Shown here: positions 1 to 12,831 of the stretch, piece after piece
Layout of the letters: every line of letters starts with the position of its first letter
Position numbering within the stretch: the stretch's first letter is position 1
Assembly (NCBI RefSeq): GCF_000315625.1
Contig: NW_005434549.1
Location: forward strand, 79,101 to 143,100
DNA from: Guillardia theta CCMP2712
Lineage: Eukaryota > Protista > Cryptophyta
DNA: 64,000 nucleotides
Direction: 5' to 3'
Made by a program: the position numbers and the translations under genes
The notes under the pieces: generated by a model
Databases searched by the model: none
Told to the model about the DNA's origin: nothing
What the model saw: the letters and a program-made list of their open reading frames with translations, nothing else

Positions 1-717
1 ATTGAGAAGCTCAACATCAACCAGAGCAGGGCAGGGGAGGGCAGGGGAGGGCAGGGCAGAGCAGAGCAGGGGAGGGATATATGAGGCTGATTGTGCCCTT
101 TTGCTCTTTGGTTTGACCGCAACCGTCAGGTCACTGCTATGGACAAGGTGACCAACGCCAAGGCCAACATCGTCATCAGCAACAGGGGAAGGAACTCCGA
201 CGAGGACATCCAGAAGGTAGCCAGCTCGACCTCAGCTGGACTCCCGTTGCTGTCCCAGCTCACGACCTGTCCCTGCAGATGGTGGAGGAGGCGAAGTTGA
301 TGCAGGAGGAGGACGAGCGATTCAGGAGGAAGCAGGAGGTAGGAAGGTGCATGCTGTCCTCCCTGCCATGACGAGGAGCAGGCGCGCAATGAGCTAGAGG
401 AGCTGATCCTCGGGGCTGGCGACGAGGGGCTGCCATACCAGGTCAATGCCATGCGCTGTCCCTCGCTCTCTGACCAGCATGCAGGATTGGTTCGACGAGG
501 AGGGCGAGGTGAGACAAGGAGGGAGGAGGGAGGAGAGACAAGGAAGAAGGGAGTTGGGATCGGGAGGGAGGAGGAAGGAGGATCCAGGGAGGCGGGAGGA
601 GGAAGCTGAGATACATAAGGAGGAGGGGGGAGGAGATAGTGAGGAATGTGCTGGCAGGACGCAAGCGAGGAGGAGCTCAGGAAGAAGATCGAGGAGCTCA
701 GCATCAAGATCAAGTGA
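1..717 (+). CDS. Hsp70-family chaperone, C-terminal part (5' end outside window; multi-exon)
   Basis: Spliced peptides VTAMDKVTNAKANIVISNRGRNSDEDIQK / MVEEAKLMQEEDERFRRKQE / ARNELEELI... / DWFDEEGE / DASEEELRKKIEELSIKIK* match the end of the Hsp70 substrate-binding domain and lid. GT-AG introns, e.g. about 217-278. Confidence 0.85.
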
Positions 718-969
718 GAGGACTGAAAGAAGTCGAGGAGAGAGCTTGATAATGATTCTGCTGTTGATGCTGATGCTGAGTAAGATGAGAGGGAGTAGTC
801 TGAGGGATCGTTCGTTGCTGTCTTAATTTCACATGAAAAGAAAATCCAAAAAGAATATCAAACAAGCCATCCCCATGCCTCCCCTCCTCTCCCTACACAC
901 TTCTACTTCTGCCCCCCTCCTCCCCACTCGGCTTCCACTGTCACCTTGTCCCTGGCAGAGCCAGAGGAG

Positions 970-1024
970 CTCCTCCTCCTCCTCCTCCTCCTCCTCCTCC
1001 TCCTCCTCCTCCTCCTCCTCCTCC
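970..1024. repeat. (CCT)n microsatellite
   Basis: Direct reading, about 18 units. Confidence 0.95.
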
Positions 1025-1025
1025 T

Positions 1026-2158
1026 TCACTGCACGCTCAGCCTCCCCTCTCCCCACTTCGCTTCAGCCTCGGCCTGCCATGACAGCATCCTTCCTGAGCT
1101 CCCCGGAGTCGTCAGGGCAGCCGAGAGCGAGTCCGACGGGTCACTGCGCATGGCGTCAGAGGAAGAAGGGAAGGCAGGAGGAGGAGGATGCGCAGAGAAT
1201 GTGAAGAGAAGGAGATGAAAGGGGAGAAAGGGGAGAGAAATGTTGGGAGAGGGCAAGTTGCTTGAGGGAGGTGAGGTGAGGAGGAGGAGGAGACATAGGG
1301 AGAACAAGAGAAAGGATGAAGAGGAGGAGGAGGTGGTGGTGGTGGTGGTGGAGGAGGAGGAGGAAGCCGGGGAGGAGGCGCTGGAAATGGAGACGCTGGA
1401 AGTGAAGAAGAGGAGAGTCAACCTTTTGCTTCCGTCGCTGTTGTTGGCTGCTTCCCCCTCATCATCCGATATCGCTGCTTCCAGGGGGATCTCCAGGAAC
1501 TCGCGGAGCTCCGGGCTCACGACAAGCTCAGCGTCCTTGAGGAGTTGCTAGCAGCAAGAGTCAAGACAAGCACGAACATGAAGAACAAGTGAGCAGTGAA
1601 CATCCTTCCTCCCCTCCTCCTCCTCCTCCTCATCATCATCATCAAGCGTGAGGGGAGATCAACACGACCAGAGCTTCGCAGCAGAAACAGCAGCAGCTAA
1701 AGGGGAATTGGGATACTGAGAAGTGTGTGTAGAGAAAGGAAGGGAGGGCAGGGGGGGCGGGGATGAGGAGAGGGGAACGGGAGCAGGTGGGGGCGGGGGA
1801 TCAGGGGTACCTTGAGATAGGCGTCGAAGCTTTTCTCCCTTGAAATGATCCTGGAGGGGCTCATGGACCCGAAAGTCGCCTTGGCAGGAAGCCGATCGAC
1901 CTTGAGCATGCGCTTGGGGTACGCGGTCTGAAGCTCCCGATCGAGCACGTCGAAGTCGCTGTATCTCTTCTGGATAGTCCACTTGTGCGACTGCCATGCA
2001 CGTCAGAGAAAGGAGAGAGGAGCTAGTGGTCGTACCCCATCCGACAGACAGAACTGATACGTCGTGTACTCGACATTGAAGATTGAGCAACACGATTGCT
2101 GGACATTCTCATGTCCCTTAGAGAAGCAGTGGATCTTCCTCGCCTTTCGCGCTACCAT
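1026..2158 (-). CDS. PX (phox homology) domain protein, multi-exon
   Basis: Exons MVARKARK...VEYTTYQFCLSDG / SHKWTIQKRYSDFDVLDRELQTAYPKRMLKVDRLPAKATFGSMSPSRIISREKSFDAYLK / QLLKDAELVVSPELREFLE carry the PX hallmarks RYSDF, LPxK, R...L..YL and (L)REFL. The 3' end is uncertain. Confidence 0.8.
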
Positions 2159-2338
2159 TATGCGGCTCTTGCTCTCAAATGAATATGCTCTAGGAACAGC
2201 CTGTTCTGCTACTGTAGCAGTCGCTGCTCCACGTCCCAACACTACCCAGTCTCAAGAGAAGGACAATGCAATCAAAGGCTTCTTGTACGTGTCAGTACCG
2301 GAGCCTGCCTTGCACGCTCAGAGCCTTGATCTCTTCTC

Positions 2339-2422
2339 TTGTTGTCCTGTTGTCCTGTTGTCCTGTTGTCCTGTTGTCCTGTTGTCCTGTTGTCTTGTTG
2401 TCTTGTTCTGTTGTTGTCTTGT
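2339..2422. repeat. 8-bp tandem repeat (TGTTGTCC/T)n
   Basis: Direct reading; degenerates towards the 3' end. Confidence 0.9.
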
Positions 2423-4157
2423 TCTTCTCCCCTTCTTTCCTTGCTCCACTTCGCCTCCCTGACGATGGCTTCGCTGGATTGTCAGATCCCGAGGACCCCA
2501 GGAATGTACCGGGGTAGGGGTGGAGCAAGCCATGGTGCAAAGACAGATGGGTGGGTACGTTGAATTTTGCTTTCATGACTACCGGTGTAATTATGTTTGA
2601 ATGATACTAACAATACACGGTAGGGTACAGAGGTGACTGGGTGTAGGGATTGGCAGGGTGGGTGATTGATCCGTTCCGATATTGTACATGCAGGGTGGTT
2701 ACCCCAAGAGTCAGATTATCTGCAAGGGGTCCCTGAACCAAAGTGCTAATAGAACACCGGTCCTATCGATACAGAAAAGTACCGGTAATTTCATAAGGGC
2801 AGGAGGTTTAGACTGCGGGGTTGTAGGGGAAGGGGTAGGGGTGGTAGAACGAACGGGCATGCGAAGAGTCGCGCTAGGGTCAAGTTGACTGAAATCTTGT
2901 GGTACAGTACGGCAATCTTTACTCAAACCTCAGAGTGATACTCTGAGGCTGGCTTGCCATAACAATACCGGTAAAACTCGTATTTAAATTATTCGCGCGA
3001 CAGGCAAGGCCGTTGATGTCGCGCGACTGTTGCAATTAGCTGCTCCCCTGTAACGCCGGGACTGAGAGCTAGACTTTATAAATGCGTTTTTTAAAAATGC
3101 CTCGGCCGGGCGCGATGCGCGTGCGGCAGGAAGGGGGAGGAGGAGGAGGAGGAAGAGAGGGAAGAGGAGCAGATAGCAAGATCTGAAGCCGCGTGATGGT
3201 GTAGGATAGAGGGGAGAGGGAGAGGGTACTTCCAACATAAGGATCAGGAATATGGTACCGCAATCCGCATGCAGTGGCCAATCAGGAGCGGCAGAACATG
3301 GCGGGCAGGGGTGTGCGACAGGAGAAAGACCGTGACAATGTTGAGAGATGCAGAAAATAGACAGTGATGACCGAAAGCTGTGGAGAGACAAACGTGTGAT
3401 GTGATTCAAGTATGCTGAAGGGCAATGGGGTCCGAGAAAGGGAAAAGATGAGGGGGCAGGGGCAGGCGACACTAGCTCGCGTGAAACATAGAGCCCGGTA
3501 ATAGGAAAAAGAAGCAATGGACGATAACAAACGAAAGAAATTTCAGTATCGTAGTCAAAGTTGCTCTGAGAGGAGACAAGCAAGGCTTGAAAGAGCACCA
3601 AACAGGGACGAGAAAGAAGTTGATTAAGGTAGCATGGGGGGCAGCGGAAGAGCAGGACGGATAAGTAACGGAAAACATCAGCATCAGTGCTGAGAAATTG
3701 ACAGACACGGTACAGTGCCAGGAGGTAGAAGCTACTACCTAAGCTAGCCTGTCGTTTAGAGAATCCCCACGCGTTCCATCGTTTTGAGTTATTTAGCAGC
3801 CACACGTCGGTGACGGTACTTGGAAGGAGTATGCTGGGGCAACCACACAACCACACAATCTGATAGCTGGACAGAGAGAGAGAAAAAGAGATGTAGACCG
3901 ATTGAGAGGGTCTGAACGGGGACTGAAAGATGAATAGCGATTCAAACAGGGAAAACAGAACCGAGGTTGCGAGAGAGGTTTTTGTACACGAATCTTTTTT
4001 CGCAAGTTGTTTCTGCAATAGATTGCTGTGATAGTTTGCTTTGATAAGTCTTGCACACAAGTTGACCACAATTATGCATTGACATCACAGCGATTCCTCC
4101 ATGACAGCACTTGTCGCCCTCCCCGCTTGCTGACTTGCTCCTTCAGTCCTCCTCAGC

Positions 4158-5580
4158 ATGTCGTCAACTCTCATCGAGCAGGCCAGGACGATGCACGAGG
4201 AGATGGAGGTGACGGACTTGATCACAAGACCTGTGATCGCTCACGTGACCGTCTCTCGCTTCCCCCAGGTTGGCATGAACAAGATCGTGAAGCTGCTGGC
4301 TACGGAGGCGAAGGTACCTGAACGTTGTGATCCCTTGTGCTCGGTGGCTGATGCCTCGAACCTCGCAGACCCAGAAGCAGAAAGTCATCCAGCAGCACAA
4401 GGCAGTGGATGCACATCAGACCCTTCGCTCTCGTCTGACGTGCTGGCGGGCAGGTCCTCTCCCAAGTGAAGAAAATTCAGAAATCCGCGTCCTTGCTCAA
4501 GAACAGCTACGAGGTCTCAGACCCTTTCCTTGCTCTCATCCTGACGTCTTGGACAGGACAAGGACGAAGGCAAGAAGCACGAGGTTGCTGCCATGTCAGG
4601 ATCCGAAGTCTTCGGCGGATTCTACTCCCGTCTCAGGTGAACGCGCCCTTGTGCCAGCCTCTCGTCCTTGACTGTCCCGTCAGGGAGCTGAGGGAGTACC
4701 ATCGCAAGTTCCCCAACCTGTACTATGAGCCTGACAACAACGAGGATATCACCCTTGAAGGTGCATGCTCGGTCTTCCTGCTCGCCTGTTCTGACTGCGA
4801 GGCAGACGACCCTGAGATCCTCGACAAGTTCTCGGGAGAAGAGATGCATGGGAGGTTCCTGGACCTCAACGAGAATCACATCCAGTGAGTCCCGTGCTCA
4901 GTCGCTGCAGCCTCACCAACCCCCCCCTTCTCTGTAGCTGTCTCCTCCCTCCCTTCCTCCGCTGCTGCTGCACCCTCCCTCTATCCCTTCTCTGTCGCTC
5001 CCTCTCTCCTTCCCTCTTCTGTTGCCATCTTTTTCCCTCCCTCCCTCCCTCCGTCCCTCCCTCCCTCCCCTATTCCTACCTACTCCCTCTATGCCTTTCC
5101 TGCCCTTCTCATGGCGGCTGCAGGTTCATCAACTTGAAGAACGCGAGGGCTGTCTCCTACGAGGTCTACCTCAATATCTTCCTCGACTTCGCCTCCGTCC
5201 CCCTCAACGTCAGGGCCCATCGCTCGCTCCCCTCCGCTCCCTGACGGCTCTGCAGGTCAAGGGCATGAAGTACAAGAACTACCTCAAGTCCCTCAAGTCC
5301 TACCTCGTCAACTTCCTCGAGCGGGCCCAGCCGCTGGTATGTCAACCTGCCTGCCCTATGTCATCCTCCTCTCAGCGTACCTGACCCGTCCCTTGCTCCT
5401 CCATGACATCTCCCTCCCCTCCTCGTATGTCAACCTGGTTCTAATACGTCAACCTAATCCCCATATGTTTCCCTTCCTTCTCCCGTCTGCCCGGCTCACA
5501 CCACTGCTACAGGTTGACTTTGCGACCCCCATGAAGAACGCTGAGGACGAGGCTCTCGCGAAGTTTGCAAAGAACGGTTG
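4158..5580 (+). CDS. SF3A3: Splicing factor 3A subunit 3 (SF3a60/Prp9), N-terminal part truncated by scaffold gap
   Basis: Exons MSSTLIEQARTMHEEME, FGGFYSRLRELREYHRKFP, FSGEEMHGRFLDLNENH, FINLK...YEVYL..F, YKNYLKSLKSYLVNFLERAQPL are characteristic of SF3A3. Confidence 0.92.
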
Positions 5581-5630
5581 TCAGTGGCTCTATAGTGCCT
5601 GTGAACTGACTGTTTGCTCCTCCTCCTCCT

Positions 5631-5730
5631 NNNNNNNNNNNNNNNNNNNNNNNNNNNNNNNNNNNNNNNNNNNNNNNNNNNNNNNNNNNNNNNNNNNNNN
5701 NNNNNNNNNNNNNNNNNNNNNNNNNNNNNN
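5631..5730. other. Assembly gap (100 N)
   Basis: Run of N. Confidence 1.
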
Positions 5731-6798
5731 AGGACCTGTCGGGCTCAAGTTTGTACCCAAAACTGCTGGAGGAGAGTGTAACGGAAACTACTGTGTGGGT
5801 TTGTAACTGTTTTACAATTATTATGTAACGGTAATCGTAACGTTATTTAGCGCGGATCCTGTCAGGCTGGCTGGTTTGAACTTGTAGGACTGGAGGGCTC
5901 ACTGAGACCAGATGATCCTGGGGGTGGGGGTAGTGAGCCCCAGAAAACAAGGGTGGGTTGAATCAGAACATGATAGTCACAATACAGTAGGGGGTGGGTC
6001 ACTTCAAGTTGCTTACACCCAGGACCCGCCAAAACGAACTCGGAAGATCATTTAAGTTCAGGGGTAGGGAGGAGGGGTACGAATATTGGCGAAAACTGTG
6101 GGATCTAACCACCCCTGGTAGTGCTGAATGAATTCCCAGTGGGGGGCATGGGGGGGTAGTAGAGTAGTGGAGGCGATCTATTTCCAAACCGTTCACGAGT
6201 AGGGGTCCCGTTCTTACTGAGGGTTAGAAGGTCAGTGGTGATGGGGGGTAGGGGTACCTCAGTGGGACCCATCGGACGGTAGTAGAGCCTTGAGGTGTTG
6301 ATGGAGGGGTCAATTGTTATGGAAACTTGTGGGGTGGGGTGGGGACGGGAAGGCGCGCCAGAGGATGAACGGGCTGCGGCGATCCATGCAGGGAGCATGT
6401 AAGATGAGAGGAGGAGAGGCGATGGAGAGGAGAAGACAAATTAGGAAATGATTTATGTTGTTGCGAAGAAATAGAATCGGTGACGTAGATAGCGATATCA
6501 AACATGGCAGCATCTTGGGGAGGAATTCCTTCCTCCTGGAACCACATCTATGGAGGGAAAGAAGGAGGATAAAATTTCAATGCTCTGCACGGTGTTAACA
6601 CGATAGAGACAGTCAAGGAAGTGAATGTACAGGGAGGGAAACGAGTGACTTGATAGGCAGATATGCATAGATTCGATGAGTAGGATAGCAAGACCGTGGT
6701 TGGCTACCACTGACTAGTTATCGCTGTATTCCCTGATCAAGATGAGATGTAGACTTTACCTTCGAGCGAATTTGAGCTTTCTTGACTGTGCTTGCAGC

Positions 6799-9562
6799 CT
6801 TGCAATCAGAGCAACCTGGCATAGGCCTCTTCTTCCATGAGAGCGGAGGAAGGATCAGGTATACATGCTGGCATGCCAGCCCACCCCGGCTGACCGCTCA
6901 TCAGAGTCAAGACAATCGTGTCGGGAGGGTCTGCGGAGCGCGATGGACGCGTGCAGGTGCGGCGAGAGGCTCTGCTGCCTCTCCTGTGAGGTCTGAACCA
7001 TCCCAGGTTGGCGACATTCTCATCGCTATCGACGGTACGGATGTGCGCGGTCAGAGGTGAGAGGCAAGAAAACGCTTCCCCTCCCCTCCTCACGCCGGCT
7101 GCCCAGTGCCAACCCCAACGTGTTTCGTAACATGATCACTGGGCCCGGTGAGTTCGTGCCCGGCCGTGCGACAGGAAATGACACGATGACAGAGGGCAGC
7201 ACGGTTCGCCTCAAGATGCTGCGAGGTAAGGAAGGGATCGTAAGAGGAGAGAAGAGCCAGGTCATTGCGTGTGCATACGGCAAAGATAGCGAGAGGCAGG
7301 ATAGTATAGCCTGCTGTCACTGGTGAATGGAGGAGGAGATCAGGGACAAAAACTGGCTGGTGGCTGGAGATAATCTGCCCTGAATGGAGAGCAGGAGAGG
7401 GATCCAACGCGTTCGGGTACGAGCTGGAGCTTGTTCGCGGATCGCCGGAGGTCGGACAATGAGGACTTCTGACAAGTGAGTTGGGGCTGAGCTGGGCCTA
7501 TGACAGTACTTCGCGCGTCTGGAGCAAGAGAAGAGGAATGAAGACGAGCTGACCGAGCTGAAGCTTCAGCTGAAGCAGGTCTGCCATGGTGACCTGCACC
7601 TTCGCGCTCATATGGTGCAGGCACTTGCGGAGGAGCAGCAGGTTGCAGAGGAAGTCGATAGGTGGGGAGGCGTGCGCGAGACTGAGGGTCGACTGTCGGC
7701 TGATTGCTGAGACTTGCAGGATCAAGAGGTTGTTGATTTCCGAGCGACAAGACAAGGAGATGCGTGACAAGGACGTGGTAAACTTGAGCGTGCGATGTGA
7801 AGGAGAGACACCGATCGTCATGCCAGGCCGTTCTTGAGCAAACATTCGACGAGGACAAGCAGCAGCTCACTGAGGCTCTGAGGAAGGTACGCGGAATTCG
7901 CTGCTGCCCGGCCTGGGTATCACTCCGAGTCAACAGGTTGAGACAGTCAAACGCGACGTAGAGGCAAGATTGGCGCCCGTTCAGGTCAGATCCATTCGAG
8001 CTCCTTCTGTCTCTTCTCCTACTCGCTCCCCCTCTCTCCCTCCCACTCTTGCTCGTCGCACCCTCTCCCTCTCCTTGCTTCCTCGCTGCCTGACTCGCGC
8101 CTCCTTCTTCCGCCTTACCTCTCCTTATCTCCCACGCGCATCTCTCTCCCTTACTGTTTGCGATCAGGCCAGGGAGCAGGAGCTGTCAGAGGAGCTTTCC
8201 CGGCAGATAGAGAAGGACAGGTCAAGCGCAAGCTTGCCGCCTCCTGTGCTTATCCCGCACGCTCGCCAGGCTGCGAAAAGAATACATCGAAGAGCTCCAG
8301 AAACGTCACGAAGGTCAAAAATCGAGAAGGTCAGACGTTCAGCTCCCCTTATAAGTTCTGCACGCAGAGCGAAAGATACAGCTGGAGCAGCAACTGCAGT
8401 TGATCCGCAAGCAGGTGAGCAACAGCTCGTGCTTGCCTGCTGGACAGCTGCTGACGTGGCGGGCAGAGGGCTGAGGAGCAAGTCGCTAGGATGGAGCTGC
8501 AGGCCCAGCTCATGAAAGCGCAGGCTGAGCTCAAGGCAAAGAGACGAAGGAGATGAGAAGATGGCGATGACGTTGATGCAGGCTGCCATGATGCTCGAGA
8601 AGAAGAAGGCAGAGCACGATGCGTTGTGGAAGGTGAGGAAGGACATCACAGGGCAAGGCAGGACAGGACAGGAAAGCATCGGTCGAGGAGAAGATCGGAT
8701 GACATGCGATCAGAAGTTTCAGAAAGGAGAAGCGAGAGGAGAAATGAGCGGAAAGAGATCTTAACATGACTGGATTCCCTTGATGTTCTTCTAATCCTGC
8801 GACTATGGCAGCAACGTCAGCTGGAGGAAGAGAGGGAGCTCTTCAGGTGGGGTTGAGCTCAACTTGTGCTGCCTCCCTCCCCTCCATGAGCTCGGGGTGT
8901 CGATGAGAAACTGACTTTCATCCAGGGAGATGCTCGAGAACTCTGACTCTCTCGCCGGCTACGTGCATGAGATGCAGGTATGACTCTCTCCTCCTCCCTC
9001 CTTCACCTCGACACCCACGAGTTGATCTCCCTGGCCCTGAACCCTCTACACCTCACCTCCAGGCTCCCCCTCCTCCTCCGCCTCCCGTTCTCTTCTCTCC
9101 CCCTCTTCGTCTCTTTATCTCTTTCTCAATCGCCTCGACCATTCCTCTTCTTCCTCCTCTCGTTCTCTCGCTTTTGCTGCTCATCTTCCTCCATCCCTCC
9201 TGTGTGTAACTTACACGCATCAGGCTCGCATGAACACCATCAACGCTGGCTTCTTCGACGGAATGCCTCAGGTCTCCTCCTTCCCCCCATCTTCTTCCTC
9301 GCCTTCCCGATCCTCGTCCTCTTGTACCTCCTCCTTCCTCCTCGTCCTCCTCGCTCCTCTCTCTTTCAGTTTGGTTCTTCCTCCTCATCCCTCGGCGCTG
9401 CTAGAGGCCTCACATCTGGACAGGCAGAACTCGTTGCCACCTCCACCCCGCCAAACAAGGGAGCAGCATCACAGAGTAAGTGGAGCAGACAAGCAGCAGG
9501 ACGGGCAGCAGGAGAGAGGCGGGGGATCAGCAGAGACAGAAGGAAGAAGAAAAGCATGTTGA
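6799..9562 (+). CDS. PDZ-domain plus long coiled-coil protein, multi-exon (start uncertain)
   Basis: Exons QPGIGLFFHESGGRI / VKTIVSGGSAERDG / QVGDILIAIDGTDVRGQ / FRNMITGP / GSTVRLKMLR form a PDZ domain. They are followed by many short E/K/Q/L-rich exons (e.g. EKRNEDELTELKLQLK, AREQELSEELSRQIEKDR). Confidence 0.7.
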
Positions 9563-9699
9563 GCAGGGGGAGCAGGACAATGAGGGTCAGAAAGGGGAAG
9601 AGGTCTAGAGGGAGGAGAAAGGCAAGGAGGATACTATGTGGCTGTTGTCAGTTATGACCAGGCTCTGACGTCTGGGCAGGCTATCCGGATCAATACTTC

Positions 9700-10178
9700 T
9701 TGGCTTGAGTCTTGTTCAAGTATCGTAACAGTAAAAGTTTCTTCCCATCCTCTTCTTACAACAACAAAACTTCTCATCCTCCTCCTCCCTCCCTCCCTTC
9801 CCACTTCCGCAGCTCCTTGGACCCTCAGTAGCTCTCGTGCCATCTTCCTCCGCTGAATCCTTCCCGCATCCTCTCCTGCTCCCTCCACCCCCCTGCCAGG
9901 AGCGTCACCGTAATCAGTCGAGGAGCAGGAGATCAGCGCACAGACGTCCTCCTGCTCCACTTGTCTCATCCTTGCCTGCCCTGTCCCGCAATCACTCGCT
10001 GCTTCCCCTCCTCACCATCGGATACCATCCGCAGTGATGCCGATGCTTGTTCCCAGTGGTACTTGCGGGTTCGGCGCCGGGCTGCAGGGAGAGTCATGCA
10101 AGAGGAGGAGCTGGAGGGAGGGAGAGGTGAAGGTAGAGACCAGGTAGGCAAAACGAAGGAGGCTAAAGCCAGGGAAGG

Positions 10179-10235
<57 letters not shown>

Positions 10236-11870
10236 CCTGAACCAGGAAGACACGGTGGTAGAGATACTTTCCCAGGTAAGATTGAAAGGCTCCTTTCTGG
10301 TGAGGACAATCTGGCAATGCCGTCAACCCCTCACTCCTGTTCTCCTCCCTTTTCCTCTCCCCCTCCTCCTCCCCATCCCCACCCTCCCCCTCCCCTCACA
10401 GTCTTGACAGGCTGAGCGACGCTGATGCTGCCTGCACCTGCAGCAGCGGGTGAGTCGAGGAGACAAGCTTCCTGCCTGGAGTCACCTGGCATCCCCCACA
10501 CGCCTGGGGTCATGGGACGAGGAGCCTGAAGTGAGTTGAGATGGGGAAGACGACGAAAGGAGGGGAAGGAGAACGACGAACAGAGAGCAGGAGAACATGG
10601 AGAGAAAAGATAGCAGGAGGAGAAGGAGCAGGAAATAGGAAAAGTAGAGGAAATGGGAAAGTAGATGATGGCAAGGATGGAAAAGGAGAAGAAAACGACA
10701 GGAAGGGAAGGACAGGAAAGGATGCGAGGGAGAAGGTGTTGGATTGAGATTGAGGGAGGGGAAGGCAGCAGCGGTGAGCCGTGTGAGGGCAGAGGAAGGT
10801 GAGAGTGAAACATCGGGGGCAGGAGAGTGGACGGAAGGGCAGGAGTTGCATACTGCAGTAGGGGAAGAGGAGGCTGAGGGAAGGAGGGAAGGAGGAAGAG
10901 GTAAGAGATGAGGGAGGAGGGGGGAGGAGGAGGACAGAAGGAAGCGAGGGAGCAGGGAGGGAGGGAGGATAGAGGAAAGGAAGGAGAGGGAAGGGGGGGG
11001 GGGGGGGCAACGGGTTGAATCTTCAACTTCACTCGCTCTCCTGCATCCCCACGCAAGATTGAGAGAACCTGCGAGAAAGGTCAGACGTGGACGTGAGGAA
11101 AATGGGAGGAGAAAAACGAATAGGAGGGGGAGAAGGACGCAGGCTGAGGAGGAGAGGAAACAAAGGAGAAGGAAAATGGCAGCGGCAAATGCAGGATGGT
11201 AAAGAGAGAAAGCAAGACAACTGCAATCAAGAGGAGAGAATCAGGAGGAGGAAGAGGAGGAGGTGGTAGTGGTGGTGGTGGAAGGGAAATACATCCTGCC
11301 CGTTGCCAGTTGGAAGATCATCAACTTCCAAAATTTTATCGCCGACCTGCCATGATAGTTTATCCTGGCAAACTCCCTTGCACGTCCTCCTGCTCCTCCT
11401 GCTCCTCCTCGCCATTGTCATCTTCATCATCACCAAACATCATCATCTTCATCATCGTCGTCATCGTCGCCATTGTCATCGTCATCATCGTCATCATCGT
11501 CATCGCCGACAACACAGCCATGAGTGCCAGCAGCAGCATTATACACATCGTCGTCCAAAGATCCTACCTTCAACCCCACAGCCTCTGCTGCCCCCCCATG
11601 CTCGACATGAGTGACGCTGGGCATTCCATCTCTGTACTCGTAAGAGAACCCAAGACTCATCTCCTCACTCTCGCGCTCCTCCTTCCTCTCTGCTGCTCCA
11701 GCGATCACGGGCTGACTGGCATCCTGCGCCATGGTCAGTCAAAGAACATGCCATGGTCAGTGACAGAACATGCCATGGTCAGTGACAGAACATGCTGGTC
11801 CTCCTCGGTCTCCTCTTCCTCCCTCGTTCATGCGAGCATCTGCACACACTACAGCATGCCATGTCTCCAT
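9700..11870 (-). CDS. PDZ-domain protein, multi-exon (ends approximate)
   Basis: Exons MSLGFSYEYRDGMPSVTHVEHGGAAEAVGLK / VGDKILEVDDLPTGNGQD / VLSILRGDAGERVKLKIQP form a complete PDZ domain, separated by repeat-filled introns. Confidence 0.7.
10183..10233. repeat. (CAG)n microsatellite, intronic
   Basis: Direct reading, about 17 units. Confidence 0.95.
11730..11800. repeat. 22-bp tandem repeat, about 3 copies
   Basis: Unit CATGGTCAGTGACAGAACATGC; the first copy is slightly variant. Confidence 0.85.
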
Positions 11871-11929
11871 CGTTCTATCAGCCTCCCGCTCTCCCGCCTG
11901 TCCTCCCCTATCCCACGGCTCTTTGCCTT

Positions 11930-12480
11930 CATCGGCGTCACCGCCGCCCGGGTGCAGGCCCCCGGGCCGGGCCCGCCGGGCTACGCGGCCCGGTCCGACA
12001 CGGTCGCCACAGTCACTCGGACGGCGGGCGGCCGGCCGGGCTGCGGCCCCCGAGCGCGGCCGCCGCTGACCCGGGCAACGCGGCCAGTGACGGTCACCAG
12101 TGGACGGCCCGGATCGGACGGGCCGCCCGGCCGGCGGCGACGGGCCGGGCCCGGCCCGGTACCGTACCCGGTGGCTGTGACGGCCCTGCAACTCAGCTCT
12201 GTGTCGGCGGAGTCCCGGAGTCCGAGTCGGACCGTGGCGCGCCCGCCGGCCGCCCGGAGCAGTGCTGTCCACGGTCCGATACGGTCCGATCCCCGGCAAA
12301 CTGAACTTCGGAAAACTCAGTGATCGGACACCGGCGGCTCACAGAGTCAGTTACGGTCGGAGTCCCCGGGCCGGGTCACCAGTGAGTGGCGGGGGCTCAT
12401 TCCGAAGGCAAGTTCCGAATCGCCGGCCCGATTGGTGACCGGCACGGTGACGGTCGCGGCCACATTTTAATCAAATTCCT
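11930..12480. promoter_or_regulatory. GC/CpG-rich island between divergent genes
   Basis: Abrupt very high GC with dense CCGG/GGCC. Lies between the 5' end of the minus-strand PDZ gene and the plus ORF at 13366. Confidence 0.55.
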
Positions 12481-12754
12481 CCAGTGAGTTCGCCTCACGG
12501 TTTGGGCGACTGTCTGGGTGTAGGGGGTGAAGTAAAGAGACAGTAGGCAGAGTTGATGACGGGATGATGACAGGTGGTAACGGAACGTTGCATGATTTGT
12601 CGGAAGGGTAACGCGAAATGGGACGAACCGTTGTAATCTCTTTCCGAGGGTAACCTGCGACCTGTCCTTTGAAAAACAACAGACACAAGGGCGACGTGGT
12701 TGGACCACCCCACCCTGTGTCGTATCCCTCTGATCACCCGTCAAAAGAAGAATC

Positions 12755-12831
12755 TGGAGGCTTACAGGAGACTCGAACCTTAACCCCTACCTTGTGAAAA
12801 TAGATCTTAAATACTTCTGTGATTATAAGTG
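12755..12831 (-). pseudogene. Degenerate tRNA-like sequence (Val-CAC-like) ending in CCA
   Basis: Minus strand reads CTATT-TTCACAA-GGTAG (anticodon arm, CAC), then GGTTCGAGT T-loop, then exactly 13 nt to CCA. T stem and D arm pair poorly. Confidence 0.3.

Noticed and set aside
829-1551. PolyE/polyS/polyL ORFs
   Set aside because: Translations of microsatellites and shadow frames of the PX gene.
2984-4069. 361-aa minus-strand ORF
   Set aside because: Non-ATG start, S/L/F/C-biased composition explained by a purine-rich plus strand, and no recognisable motif. It lies in the PX/SF3A3 divergent promoter interval.
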